DNA of 64,000 nucleotides from Mobula hypostoma. Lineage: Eukaryota. Under the pieces are notes generated by a model, which was not told where the DNA came from, did not search any database, and was given only the letters and a program-made list of their open reading frames with translations. The stretch is from positions 229,588,001 to 229,652,000 of the forward strand of contig NC_086097.1 in NCBI RefSeq assembly GCF_963921235.1. The letters run 5' to 3'. Made by a program: the position numbers and the translations under genes. Below are positions 13,864-25,712 of this stretch, piece by piece; positions within the stretch are counted from its first letter, which is position 1, and every line of letters begins with the position of its first letter.

Positions 13864-13978
13864 CTTGTGCTGAATAAAGATTTCTGTGTAAAAGTTCCTT
13901 CTCAGACTTTGATGTTGCAATTTGAGTGTCTCTCTTCCTAATTTCCAGTTCGATACATTCAATTTCAGCCTGCAGTTC
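13864..13978 (-). CDS. Host gene exon (ELQAEIECIELEIRKRDTQIATSKSEKELLHRNLYSAQ+1 nt)
   Basis: Acceptor ctttaacttttatag|, donor AAG|GTGCCA; phase 0 start matches the previous exon; coiled-coil composition. Confidence 0.85.
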
Positions 13979-14229
13979 CTATAAAAGTTAAAGATAATTT
14001 GGAAACATCCTGAGAAGTTATGTACTTTTTCAAAATCAAAAAAAAAGTAAAATTTTAATTTGCATACTTTTTAGTTAATCTACATTCTGCTTCAACTGCT
14101 TTTGCCTTTGTTCATTCCAGTTCTCCTAACAGCCTGGAGCTATTTTTAATATGCCTTTCATTAAGGCTATTAAAAAAGAATTTAGTTTGGAGTATGGGGC
14201 AGGGTTGTACTTGCACAATTGAGTTGCAG

Positions 14230-14935
14230 GAGCAGGGTGGTGCAGATAATAAAGCCACTATCTCACGGCACCGGGGACCTGGTTCAACCCCGCCTGTGCG
14301 GAATTTGTATGTTCTCCCTGTGAACCCATAGGTTTCCTCTGAGTGAACTGAATAGACTGAACTGACTTTATTTCTTACATCCTTCACATACGTGAATAAA
14401 ATTTTTACATTCCATCTCCTTTAGAATGTGCAAATTATAGTAATTTGTAATAAATAGTATGTAGAACAGGACAATCAATATAGCATAGACATACAATTGT
14501 ATCAGTGTGAATTAATCAGTCTGATGGCCTGGTGGAAGAAGCCAGTGGTCCTGGCTTTTACGCTGCGGTACCGTTTCGCGGATGGTGGCAGCTGGAAAAG
14601 TTTGTGGTTGGGGTGACTCGGGTCCTCAATGATCCTTCAGGCCCTTTTCACACACCTGTCTTTATAAATGTCCTGAATAGTGGGAAGTTCACGTCTACAG
14701 ATACGCTGGGCTGTCCGCACCACTCTCTGCAGAGTCCTGCCATTGAGTGCTCTGATTTCCTACTACATCTCAAAGACATGTGGATCAATAGATTATTTCT
14801 AGTAGGTGTACAATCTGGGAGAGTTGATGGGAATGAGGGGAGAATTTTAAAAAAGGATTATGTAGATCAGTAAAAAGGGATCTTTGTCAGTCACTATGGA
14901 TTCAGAGGGCCAAAAGGCCTATTTCAGTGTATGAC
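14230..14935 (+). mobile_element. HE1/V-SINE-like tRNA SINE split by a Rex1-type 3' fragment (14346-14743, minus)
   Basis: tRNA-like head then gtgcggaatttgtatgttctccctgtg...gtttcctctgagtg|ctctgatttcct core; TGAGTG duplicated around the insert. Confidence 0.7.
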
Positions 14936-15359
14936 TCCACAATAAATTATCATAACCAGATTGAACTTAATATATAAATGTAAAATGTTGTAATTGAAGA
15001 AAAAAGCATGATACATATCATTCAAAAGGCTTCACGATAACCAAGGGGAAATGTTGAAAGATACATGGCAATCGTATACTCAGCCTTGTCTAATCACCAC
15101 AGCATAGTATTAACAAGTCAAGAAAGCTAAACTATACCACCAAAACAACAGAATGCACATATGAAGAAATCATGCTTAAAGATAACAAAATATAAGAAAT
15201 ATTTGGAGCAAGTAATTCGAGCTCAAACATTCAATCAGATAATGCTGTTTGGTGTACAAGGCTTCAACTCCACCTTCCTAACTGATCTCTTCACTTCTTG
15301 ATTCACCTGTTCATTTATCTTGGCCTTGAGTAAACTGAATCAAACTAGATTAGAACAAC

Positions 15360-15705
15360 GGATGGTGCAATCTGGGTCATATTACAATCAAGGAACGTGT
15401 TTGTAGACCGGATATTGAACCTTTTGCTGTTGGACCCCGGCCATATTCCACCGAGATACAACACTGGGCGTCATGGGAGGTCGTTCCTGCCTGTGGCCAT
15501 CGAACTTTGCAGCTCCTCCCGTGGAGGGTCAGGCACCCTGAGCCAATAGGCTGGTCCTAGACTTATTTCCATCTGGCATAGTTTGCATTTTGTTGTTTGA
15601 TTGTTTGTGGTTTTTGTATTGCTATATTTGTGCTCTATTCTTGGTTGGTGCGGCTGTAACAAAACCCAATTTCCCTCGGGATCAATAAAGTATATCTATC
15701 TGTCT
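15360..15705 (+). mobile_element. Rex1/Babar-type LINE 3' end
   Basis: SFLPVAI.L motif, AATAAA and (TATC)n tail; same family as 32383-32848. Confidence 0.8.
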
Positions 15706-16548
15706 ATTTATGTCCATTCCCTCTTGAATTGATACGTATGTGAGGGGCCAGACATTCTGACCAACCACCTTGGAAGTCCAGGCAGTGAGATACAGCAAGA
15801 CATCGGCAATGAGCAGACCTGATATGCTCAGGTCCCAGAACACTGCAACAGCCTATCATGTGAGGCAAGATTGGGGTAAAGCCTAACCTATTAAAACTGG
15901 GAAGCAGTCTTGATAGTCTTTAAGTGTAGCTGAATATCAGAAACATTTGAGAACCCTTGACAGGGAAAACAAAATTTAAAATTAAAATTGAAAAATAAAA
16001 GCACATACTAAAACATTTAAACATAAAAACTATTAAGGAATTAACATACAATAAGTATGAATAATTTATCTTTTCATTTCTAATTCTAAATGAATGGGAA
16101 AGAGTAGTAAGTGTGTTATAGGGATAGGCTATTTAAGACTAAAAACATGGTTCATTTATTTGTCTAAGGAGATCACAGAGCCACTAGAATGAAAGTGCTT
16201 AGTACATAGCTCAGAAATAGTAAACTCAGAAACCTACTGCCTGTAGGACAAAGTAGAAAACACATTCAAACTATCTGAAGGCAAATTCATCAGACAGCTA
16301 TCTGGAACAAAGAATCATGGAGAACTGCTAGAACTGGAGGACGTATACAATACAAATTCATCATCTTCAAGCAGTAAGGGGAAAACAATGGGAAAATGAT
16401 GCTACAGAAGAAGGGAACAATACATACATGAAAATTAAAAACCAATATTCCTAGACATCGAGGATGCTGAACATATTAAAGTGTTTTCACATTAGTGCTG
16501 TATTTAACTCAAATTTGTAAAAATCTGCTAGGACATAGTTGTAAATAC

Positions 16549-16627
16549 CTTCATTTCATTCAGCATTTTCTCTGCCTCCTGTGCAATCTGTGGTGGAATA
16601 CTCGCAGCTTTCTTAGCTTGCTCTTGT
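16549..16627 (-). CDS. Host gene exon (QEQAKKAASIPPQIAQEAEKMLNEMK), downstream of the U12 intron
   Basis: Branch site TCCTTAAC then AC| acceptor; frame continuous with the previous exon (CT|A = Leu); donor AAG|GTATTT, phase 0. Confidence 0.85.
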
Positions 16628-16814
16628 GTTAATACTTGCAGTTAAGGAGCAAATTTTTAAAATATTATCAGCAATATTGACAGAACATTAGAGTTTACTA
16701 TTGTGATGGTTATTCCTAATAGATAAAAAACAAAATAACTTATGTTTGGTTTTATTATTGATTACATACAAGATATGAACTAAGTTTTATTTTTCTAGAA
16801 ATTCTAAAGGATAT
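16628..16814 (-). other. U12-type (minor spliceosome) AT-AC intron, 187 nt
   Basis: 5' end ATATCCTTT (16814-16806), branch point TCCTTAAC (16648-16641), terminal AC (16629-16628); its removal restores the reading frame. Confidence 0.88.
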
Positions 16815-16910
16815 AGAAAACTGGTCTCTAATTCCAAGAGGCAAATCTGCTGCTTAAGATTCTTTATGTATTCAGTTTCAATTGAAGCCAGTGGCTTTGC
16901 TGTCCATTTT
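16815..16910 (-). CDS. Host gene exon (KWTAKPLASIETEYIKNLKQQICLLELETSF), upstream of the U12 intron
   Basis: Acceptor tgtatttccatttcag|; 96 nt, open only in phase 2; ends at the U12 donor CT|ATATCCTTT; heptad-like sequence. Confidence 0.85.
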
Positions 16911-17214
16911 CTGAAATGGAAATACAGTAGATCAAGTGGGAACTAAGCATGTGTATTACTTCATCATTTTGCAATTATTTACATAAAGCAGACATTCAAG
17001 GCATTCATTGCGATTGAGATAACTGACTCAACTTCTTGAACAGCTATAGGCTAATTTAGACAGGTGTTATGCATTGCATTACATTCCTGATGTACCTTTT
17101 AGATACTAGTAAGGCTTTGGGAGTCAGGAGGCAAGTCACATATGTAGACCACACTCCTCTTGAACTTATTTTTGTAGATAATATATAAAACAGAGCAAGC
17201 CACTTTTTCGCACT

Positions 17215-17455
17215 GATAAAATGCCGGACGTCAAGACGAAAGGTCCCGAGTTCGAATCCAGCCGGCTCCCCTGCACACTTTCCATCCGTGCTGGGTTACG
17301 AGCTGGTGATTTTTTTGGAAACTCACCCGGTAGAAGGCAATGGCAAACCACTGCTGTAACTTGCCTCGTATGAGGTTCCCCAATACATCAGAGAGGCGTG
17401 GAGGGAAATTGTCTGCTAACCGGAGAAACTCCAGATGCGACGTACCTTTCCTTTA
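17215..17455 (+). mobile_element. tRNA-headed SINE with RTE-like segment
   Basis: B box GAGTTCGAATCC; gaaggcaatggcaaaccact motif recalled from RTE-related SINEs; (CCTTT)n tail. Confidence 0.7.
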
Positions 17456-18202
17456 TAATTAACTAGAAGAATTAACATATTCTGTTCTTTGGACTCAACT
17501 TCAGGATTTTCAAATATCAGAATCAGAATTTCACCCGGCATATGTCATGAAATTTGTTAACTTAGCGGCAGCAGTACAATGCAATACATGATAAATATAG
17601 AAAATAAATAAATCGCAGGAAGTATATACGTATATTAGATTGCAAGAATAGTAGTGCAAAAACAGAATTAATAAAAAATGTATCCTCAACATTTTGGTTT
17701 ACTTTAGTTTGAACAGTTGAAGTATCAAGACGAAGGATTTAGGAAAAGATCGAACCTTCAAAATAAAAACTGCATTAGAGACACAAGAACAACTCCAGAT
17801 AAAGTGAGCCATGTCTTATACATTCAGAATTAGTCAAATGGGTGTAATTGGGCAGCACAGCCACATAGAACAGAAACGGCCTGGTACCGTGCTGTCTCTC
17901 TAAATGAGTTACACTTGGAAAACATAGCATTTTTGACATACAAATATTTGGTATTTGCTTTTTTTATTACGTTCTTATGCACAAAATATTGTTAAAATGC
18001 ATAATTGCATTAAGTAAATTACTACAATCAACAACCACTTGCACTTATCTGATATCCTTAGCATAATAAACCCAGTCCAAATCACTTCACAGGAATGTCA
18101 ACAGGCAAAATTCAACAGTGAACCACATGATTAGGTGGCAAAATCTTGCTCAAAGAGTTTAAAATTGAGAAATAATTGAGCAAGTCATGAATTAGGAAAA
18201 AT

Positions 18203-18657
18203 ACAGTACTGTGCAAAAGTCTTATGCACATACAATATATATATGGTTAGTAATGTTATGTATTGCACTGTACTGCTGCCACAAAAAAACTAATTTCATG
18301 ACATATGTGAGTGATAATATACCCAATTCTGATATGCACCTCTGTTGTGGACTGAGAGTGGGAAGGGGGCAAGGAGAGGGAAATCATGGTGGGAAAAAGG
18401 AGAAGAGAGAGGGGAGGGAGCAGGAAACTTTTTATAATGATCAATAAACTAATCGTTTGGAGTCAAATGACCTCGCTTTGAGTGTGTGCACCCAGACCAA
18501 TTCCCTGCCCCGGTACTGCTTCTCTGCCACCTGTGCCACACCCCTCCACAGCGCCCTATCCTCGCAATTCCCAACATCCTTTGTTACAGAAGTATGCAAA
18601 AGTCTTAGGCATCCTAGCTATATATATGTGCCAAAGACTTCGGCACAACAGTGTACA
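18203..18657. mobile_element. MITE-like element with Tc1/mariner-type TIRs enclosing a Rex1-like 3' fragment
   Basis: TA-CAGTACTGTGCAAAAGTCTTA at left; degenerate inverted copy aagacttcggcacaacagtg-TA at right. Confidence 0.55.
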
Positions 18658-18724
18658 TCAAAAACTGTATGAAGACTGGGAAGAACAAGAAGGGATTAAT
18701 TTTCTATGTCATAAACAGACATGT

Positions 18725-19278
18725 TTCAGACCCCACTTGGAGTACTGTGCTCAGTTCTGGTTGCCTCACTACAGGAAGGATGTGGAAACCATAGAAAGGG
18801 TGCAGAGGAGATTTACAAGGATGTTGCCTGGATTGGGGCGCACACATTATGAAAACAGGTTGAGTGAACTCAGTCTTTTCTCCTTGGAGCAACAGAGGAT
18901 GAGAGGTGACCTGATAGAGGTGTATAAGATGATGAGAGGCATTGATCGTGTGGATAGTCAGAGGCTTTTTTCCAGGGCTGAAATGGCTGCCACAAGAGGG
19001 CACAGGTTTAAGGTGCTTGGGAGTAGGTACAGAGGAAATGTCAGGGGTAAGTTTTTTTTTATGCAGAGAGTGGTGAGTGCGTGGAATGGGCTGCCGGCAA
19101 TGGTGGTGGAGGTGAATATGGTAGGGTCTTTTAAGAGATTTTTGGATAGGTACATGGAGCATAGAAAAATAGAGGGCTATAGGTAAGCCCAGTAATTTGT
19201 AAGGTAGGGACATGTTCAGCACAACTTTGTGGACCGAAGGGCCTGTATTGTGCTGTAGGTTTTCTATGTCTCTATGTT
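18725..19278 (+). mobile_element. CR1 3' fragment
   Basis: RPHLEYCAQFW...ERVQRRFTRM...RGDLIEVYK; (tctatg)n tail. Confidence 0.92.
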
Positions 19279-19434
19279 TCATTAGGAACTTTGACAGAAT
19301 CTGTTTTGACATTGGCAAAGGATTTCAAATGAGAAGATTGGGGAAGGATGAGCAACGATCTAGGAGGCTACGACTCTTCTAAAAAAAAGAGATCTAAGAA
19401 AGAAAAGGGATTGGAAATAAATTCAGAAAATGTG

Positions 19435-20855
19435 CAGCTCCAGTCGTTGATGACTGGGTTGAATTGTTCTCTCATCTTGGCAATTTACTTGCAAACTTTT
19501 GTCACCATACAAGGAGTCATCATCAGTGCACTGTTGATTGTGGTGTGTCCTCTGAATGGTTGGCCTTTATATACTTATCAACCAGTCTGGAATTTTGCCC
19601 GCATTGGTTCAAAAAAAGGATCAAGGTTTACACGTTTGTTTACAGAAAACAACACTTTTATGAATTCCCTTGCATGCCATGTGTTTGCAGAGTACTCCCC
19701 TCGATATTGCTGTTGGCTTATGCGTGGTTGAAATTCTATGTTCTTGGACCAGCTGAGCTGTTATTTCTGAGATATTTCGAATGTATGGAGGGTCCACTGT
19801 CTTGTTGCTTCTTGGTTGGTGTGTTGTTGACCTCGTAGGTATCTTCAAATGAAGTTCTGTGAATATTCGTTTTGTGCAAATGCTTTAAAAGAGACAAGCA
19901 CGTCCAAGAATGGTAGTTTCCCCTCAGTTTCTGTTTCAGTAGAATCACAGAAGGCACTTTGGAAACTTCTGTTTATCATATGGGAACACATACAGTTCAG
20001 ATCCTAAATTATCAGAGCAATCATCCAAATGTACCCAAGAAGAGCCATAACAAAACTTTGTTCCGAAGAGCAGAGACACACAGCAGAACTAAAGGATTAA
20101 GGGGAGAGGTACCTCTTTAAAGTATTTGTACAAAACTGATAGCCACAGAACTTCAAACGAAGATGCCCAGGAGGTTGACAATGCACCAACCAAGAAACAA
20201 CCAAACAGGTTGTCCTTCCACACACCTGAAAAAATCTTGGAAATAACAGCCCGACTGCTCCAAGAACATAGAATTTCAGTTGCATATAAGCCAACAGCAA
20301 CGTTGAAGAGAGTACCTTGCAGACCAAAAGAACAAACCAAACTATTAGACAAGACCAATGCAGGGACTGCAGCAAATATTACATCAGCCAAACTGGGAGA
20401 AAACTATCCAAAAGAATCCATGAACATCAACTGGCTGTAAAGCAGCATGACGAATTCTCCCTAGTCTCTACCTGTGAAGATCGAGAGGGACATAAATTCA
20501 ACTGGGCATCAGTGAAAGTCATGGCACAAACAAACACACTGCATGCAAGGGAATTCCTACAAGCGTGGTTTTTCACAAACAATACTATAAACAAACATGT
20601 AGACTCGATCCTATTTATGAGCCAAGGCAGGCAAAACTCCAGACCACAACACATGAAGTTCGCCACACAACCAATGAGCGATTAGATTTCCTCCACACAT
20701 TACAACTGAGTTTCCAAAATAGTGACCAATCAGTTGATTGATAAGTATCTAAAAGCCAAGCATTCAGAGGACACTCCACAATCAACAGTGCACTGATGAT
20801 GTCTCCTCGTATGGTAACAAAACATGTGCAAGAAGGGAACAACTCAACCCAATAA
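19435..20855. mobile_element. Penelope-like (Poseidon-type) element as two inverted 3' arms
   Basis: GIY-YIG domain C.DC...YI.QTGR.L..RI.EH in ORF 20317..20685. Homologous text on minus 19435-19930 and plus 19955-20855; hammerhead remnants at 19490-19530 (-) and 20789-20830 (+). Confidence 0.88.
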
Positions 20856-21339
20856 GAGAAAAGGGATGTTGGAGACTGGGCTGCAACCTGCAAGGATAGA
20901 GTAGGTAGTTGGTATTAATCGGGAGCATCACAGATTATTAACAACATCACAGAACAAAGCTGGGAAAGGAAATTAGGTGGTCAATAGTTTAATGCAAATT
21001 GTAGACTAGATCAATGGACGATGAAGAATATGAAGAGATATGGGAGAGAAACTAAAGATGCAAGTTTAGAGATTGGCATGGAAAGCTTTAAATGTTTGGC
21101 CTGGTCAGAAAAGGAAAGCATGTAGAGAAGCAGAAGCTACCAACTAATTACAACTAAAACTGAAATTAATAAGTGTATAATCTTCTTTCATTGAAGTAGA
21201 GGGCAGGGGAGGGGGACTTACACATGATGGTTTCCAATACAATAAGGGGTACATTATTGTATAGTGCTACTTAGCAGTAATTTTTCATAAATATTTTCCA
21301 CAGTTTACAGTCAAACCTAAAGTAATTTAAGGGTCTTTT

Positions 21340-22025
21340 TCCAACACCTTTTGAAGTTGGTAGTAAGGAAGGCGATTGCAATGTTAGCATTCATTACAGA
21401 GGACTAGAACATAAAAGCAAGGATATAATGCTGAGGCTTTATAAGTCATTGGTGAGACTGTACTTGGAGTATTATGAGGAAAACTATCAGGGAAAGGATG
21501 TGCTGGCACTGAAAAGGGTCCAGAGAAGGTTCACAAGAATGATCCCAGGAGTGAAAGTGTGTGAGAAGCATTTGATGGTGCTGGGCCTTTACCCGCTGGA
21601 GTTTAGAAAAATGTGGGGAGATCTCATTGAAACCTATTGAATATTGAAATGTCTACATAGAGTGGATGTGGAGAGGATGTTTCTGATAGTGGGGGAGTCT
21701 AGAACAAGGAGGTACAGTCTCATAAGAACATAAGAAATAGGAGCAGGGGTAGGCCAACTCTCTGCTTTCTATTAGTTAACCAATCCTCTATCCATTCTAA
21801 TATCACCCCCACTCTATGCCTCGGAATAGAAGGATGTCCCTTTAGAACAGATATGAGGAGGAATTTCTTTAGCAATAGGGTGGTAAATCTGAGGAATTTA
21901 TTGCGACAGATTGCCGTGAAGGCTAAGTCATCGGATATACTTAAAGCGGTGGTTGATATGTTCTTTATTAGTAGGGGTGGCAAAGGTTAGGGGGAGAAAA
22001 CAGGAGATTGGGGCTGGGGAGGATA
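21340..22025 (+). mobile_element. Degenerate CR1 3' fragment with a small antisense CR1 insert
   Basis: LRLYKSLVR.LEY...RVQRRFTRMIPG motif. Confidence 0.8.
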
Positions 22026-22706
22026 ATAAATTCTGGTAACCTAAAAAAAAATAGATGTGTATTAGTTCCTAATAGTAATCGAAGGAGGAATTCATCCAGT
22101 ACACACTGCTGTGTTCTTTTGATTGATGGTAAGTGAACAAAATCAACACAGACACTTAGTGCAGATAATGCCTTCATACAATGCTATTGATGACTGAATC
22201 TTCCAAAACTGCATTTTCATTGTAACATTCAAGATGATTGTAGATACCTCCAAATTCTTCGTAATTTCTAACTTGTTGAAGTAGTGAAATGTTTCATTTT
22301 CACTCCCAGCTGTTTCTGGCATATCCAAGCCTGAATGCTTAAAAATCACAGTGAGGAAAACAATTCTAGATTGTTTTACTGCTTACTTCTCACCAACCAT
22401 CAGTACAAAAATCACTGCTTTTTGAACACAAACTCAAGCAGCTGATGCTGCTTAAAAACTGTTCACTCTAAGTACAGTCTGGTGTCCAACAGCCATACAA
22501 GTGCACGTGACTGATGCTAGTTAGAAACTGTTCAGCAACAGTCTCACGTCCCAATTAAGCAGCACAGTGTCAGAATCAGGTTTAATATCATCAGCATTTG
22601 TCATGAAATTTGTTGACTTTGTGGTAGCTATACAATGTAAAACATAATAATAGAGAAAAAACTAAATTACAGTAAATATACTGTATATAAAATAGTTAAA
22701 TAAGTA

Positions 22707-25700
22707 AGGGAGGTTTTAAACTAATTTGCAAGGGGGATGGGACCCGGAGCGATAGAGCAGTGAAAGAACTGCATGGAGTAAAGCCAGATCTAACATACAG
22801 AGAGGCTTTGAGGAAAGAGAAACAGAATAAAGGATGTAAAGGTAGTAAGGTAGAAGGGCTAAAGTGCATATACTTCAATGCAAGAAGCATCAGGAACAAA
22901 GGTGATGAACTGAGAGCTTGGATACATAGATGGAATTATGATGTAGTGGCCATTACAGAGACTTGGCTGGCACCAGGGCAGGAATGGATTCTCAATATTC
23001 CTGCATTTCAGTGCTTTAAAAGGGATGGGGGAGGGGGAAGGGGAGGAGGGGTGGCATTACTGGTCAGGGATACTATTACAACTACAGGAAGGGTGGGTAA
23101 TGTAGCAGAATCCTCTTTTGAGTCAGTATGGGTGGAAGTCAGGAACAGGAAGGGAGCAGTTACTCTATTGGGAGTATTCTATAGGCCCCCTGGTAGCAGC
23201 AGAGATACCGAGGAGCAGATTGGGAGGCAGATTTTGAAAAGGTGCAAAAATAACAGGGTTGTTATCATGGATGACTTTAACTTCCCTAATATTGATTGGC
23301 ACCTGATTAGTTCCAAGGGTTTAGATGGGGCAGAGTTTGTTAAGTGTGTCCAGGGCGGATTCCTGTCACGGTATGTTGACAGGCTGACTAGGGGGAATGC
23401 CATACTAGATCTAGTATTAGGTAACAAACCAGGTCAGGCCACAAATGTCTTAGTGGGTGAGCATCTGGGGGACAGTGACCACCACTCCCTGGCTTTTAGC
23501 ATTATCATGGAAAAGGATAGAATCAGAGAGAACAGGAAAAGTTTTAATTGGGGAAGGGCAAATTATGAGGCTATAAGGCTAGAACTTGCAGTTGTGAATT
23601 GGGATGATGTTTTTGCAGGGAAATGTACTATGGACATATGGTCGATGTTTAGGGATCTCTTGCAGGGTGTTAGGGATAAATTTGTCCCGGTGAGGAAGAT
23701 AAAGAATGGTAGGGTGAAGGAACCATGGGTGACAAGTGAAGTGGAAAATCTAGTCAGGTGGAAGAAGGCAGCATACATGAGGTTTAGGAGCAAGGATCAG
23801 ATGGGTCTATTGAGGAATATAGGGAAGTAAGAAAGGAGCTTAAGAAGGGCCTGAGAAGAGCAAGAAGGGGGCATGAGAAGGCCTTGGTGAGTAGGGTAAA
23901 GGAAAACCCCAAGGCATTCTTCAATTATGTGAAGAACAAAAGGATGACAGGAGTGAAGGTAGGACCGATTAGAGATAAAGGTGGGAAGATGTGCCTGGTG
24001 GCTGTGGAAGTGAGCAAGATCCTCAATGAATACTTCTCTTTGGTATTCACCAATGAGAGGGAACTTGATGATGGTGAGGACAATATGAGTGAGGTTGATG
24101 TTCTGGAGCATGTTGATATTAAGGGAGAGGAGGTGTTGGAGTTGTTAAAATACATTAGGACGGATAAGTCTCCGGGTCCTGATGGAATATTCCCCAGGCT
24201 GCTCCACGAGGCGAGGGAAGAGATTGCTGAGCCTCTGGCTAGGATCTTTATGTCCTCGTTGTCCACGGGGATGGTACCAGAGGATTGGAAGGAGGTGAAT
24301 GTTGTCCCCTTGTTCAAAAAAGGTAGTAGGGATAGTCCGGGTAATTATAGACCAGTGAGCCTTATGTCTGTGGTGGGAAAGCTGTTGGAAAAGATTCTTA
24401 GAGATAGGATCTATGGGCATTTAGAGAATCATGGTCTGATCAGGGACAGTCAGCATGGCTTTGTGAAGGGCAGATCATGTCTTACAAGCCTGATAGAGTT
24501 CTTTGAGGAGGTGACCAGGCATATAGATGAGGGTAGTGCAGTGGATGTGATCTACATGGATTTTAGTAAGGCATTTGACAAGGTTCCACATGATAGGCTT
24601 ATTCAGAAAGTCAGAAGGCATGGGATCCAGGGAAGTTTGGCCAGGTAGATTCAGAATTAGCTTGCCTGCAGAAGGCAGGGGGTCGTGGTGGAGGGAGTAC
24701 ATTCGGACTGGAGGGTTGTGACTAGTGCTGTCCCACAAGGATCGGTTCTAGGACCTCTACTTTTCGTGATTTTTATTAACAACTTGGATGTGGGGGTAGA
24801 AGGGTGGGTTAGAAAGTTTGCAGATGACACAAGGGTTGGTGGTGTTGTAGATAGTGTAGAGGATTGTCAAAGATTGCAGAGAGACATTGATAGGATGCAG
24901 AAGTGGGCTGAGAAGTGGCAGATGGAGTTCAACCCAGAGAAGTGTAAGGTGGTACACTTTGGAAGGACAAACTCCAAGGCAGAGCACAAAGTAAATGGCA
25001 GGATACTTGGTAGTGTGGAAGAACAGAGGGATCTGGGGATACATGTCCACAAATCCCTGAAAGTTGCCTCACAGGTAGATAGGGTAGTTAAGAAAGCTTA
25101 TGGGATGTTAGCTTTCATAAGTCGAGGGATAGAGTTTAAGAGTCGCGATGTAATGATGCAGCTCTATAAAACTCTGGTTAGGCCACACTTGGAGTACTGT
25201 GTCCATTTCTGGTCGCCTCACTATAGGGAGGATGTGGTAGCATTGGAAAAAGTACAGAGCAGATTGACCAGGATGCTGCCTGGTTTAGAGAGTATGGATT
25301 ATGATCAGAGATTAAGGGAGCTAGGGCTTTACTCTTTGGAGAGAAGGAGGATGAGAGGAGACATGATAGGGGTGTACAAGATATTACAGTAAGAGGAATA
25401 GATAGAGTGGATAGCCAGCGCCTCTTCCGCAGGGCACCACCGCTCAATACAAGAGGACATGGCTTTAAGGTAAGGGGTGGGAACTTCAAGGGGGATATTA
25501 GAGGAAGGTTTTTTTACTCAGAGAGCGGTTGGTGTGTGGAATGCACTGCCTGAGTCAGTGGTGGAGGCAGATACACTAGTGAAATTTAAGAGACTACTAG
25601 ACAGGTATATGGAGGAATTTAAGATGGGGGGTTATATGGGAGGCAGGGTTTGAGGGTCGGCACAACATTGTGGGCCAAAGGGCCTGTACTGTGTTGTACT

Positions 25701-25712
25701 ATTCTATGTTCT
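22707..25712 (+). mobile_element. CR1 LINE, end of ORF1 plus near-intact ORF2, inserted in a Rex1-like 3' end
   Basis: YFNARSI, ITETWL, SDH, KSPGPDG, PQGSVLGP and FADD in ORFs 22760-25392; (ttctatg)n tail; TSD ATAAGTA (22700-22706, 25713-25719). Confidence 0.95.

Noticed and set aside
16549..16634. Conventional AG acceptor before 16634
   Set aside because: No pyrimidine tract and no phase-matching upstream donor found; the AT-AC model explains all signals.
933..16910. Assigning a symbol such as CCDC27 or another CCDC gene
   Set aside because: Only generic coiled-coil resemblance from memory; not enough to name it.
8878..17455. tRNA genes at the A/B-box motifs (9154, 14230, 17215)
   Set aside because: No complete cloverleaf; each continues into a SINE body and tail.
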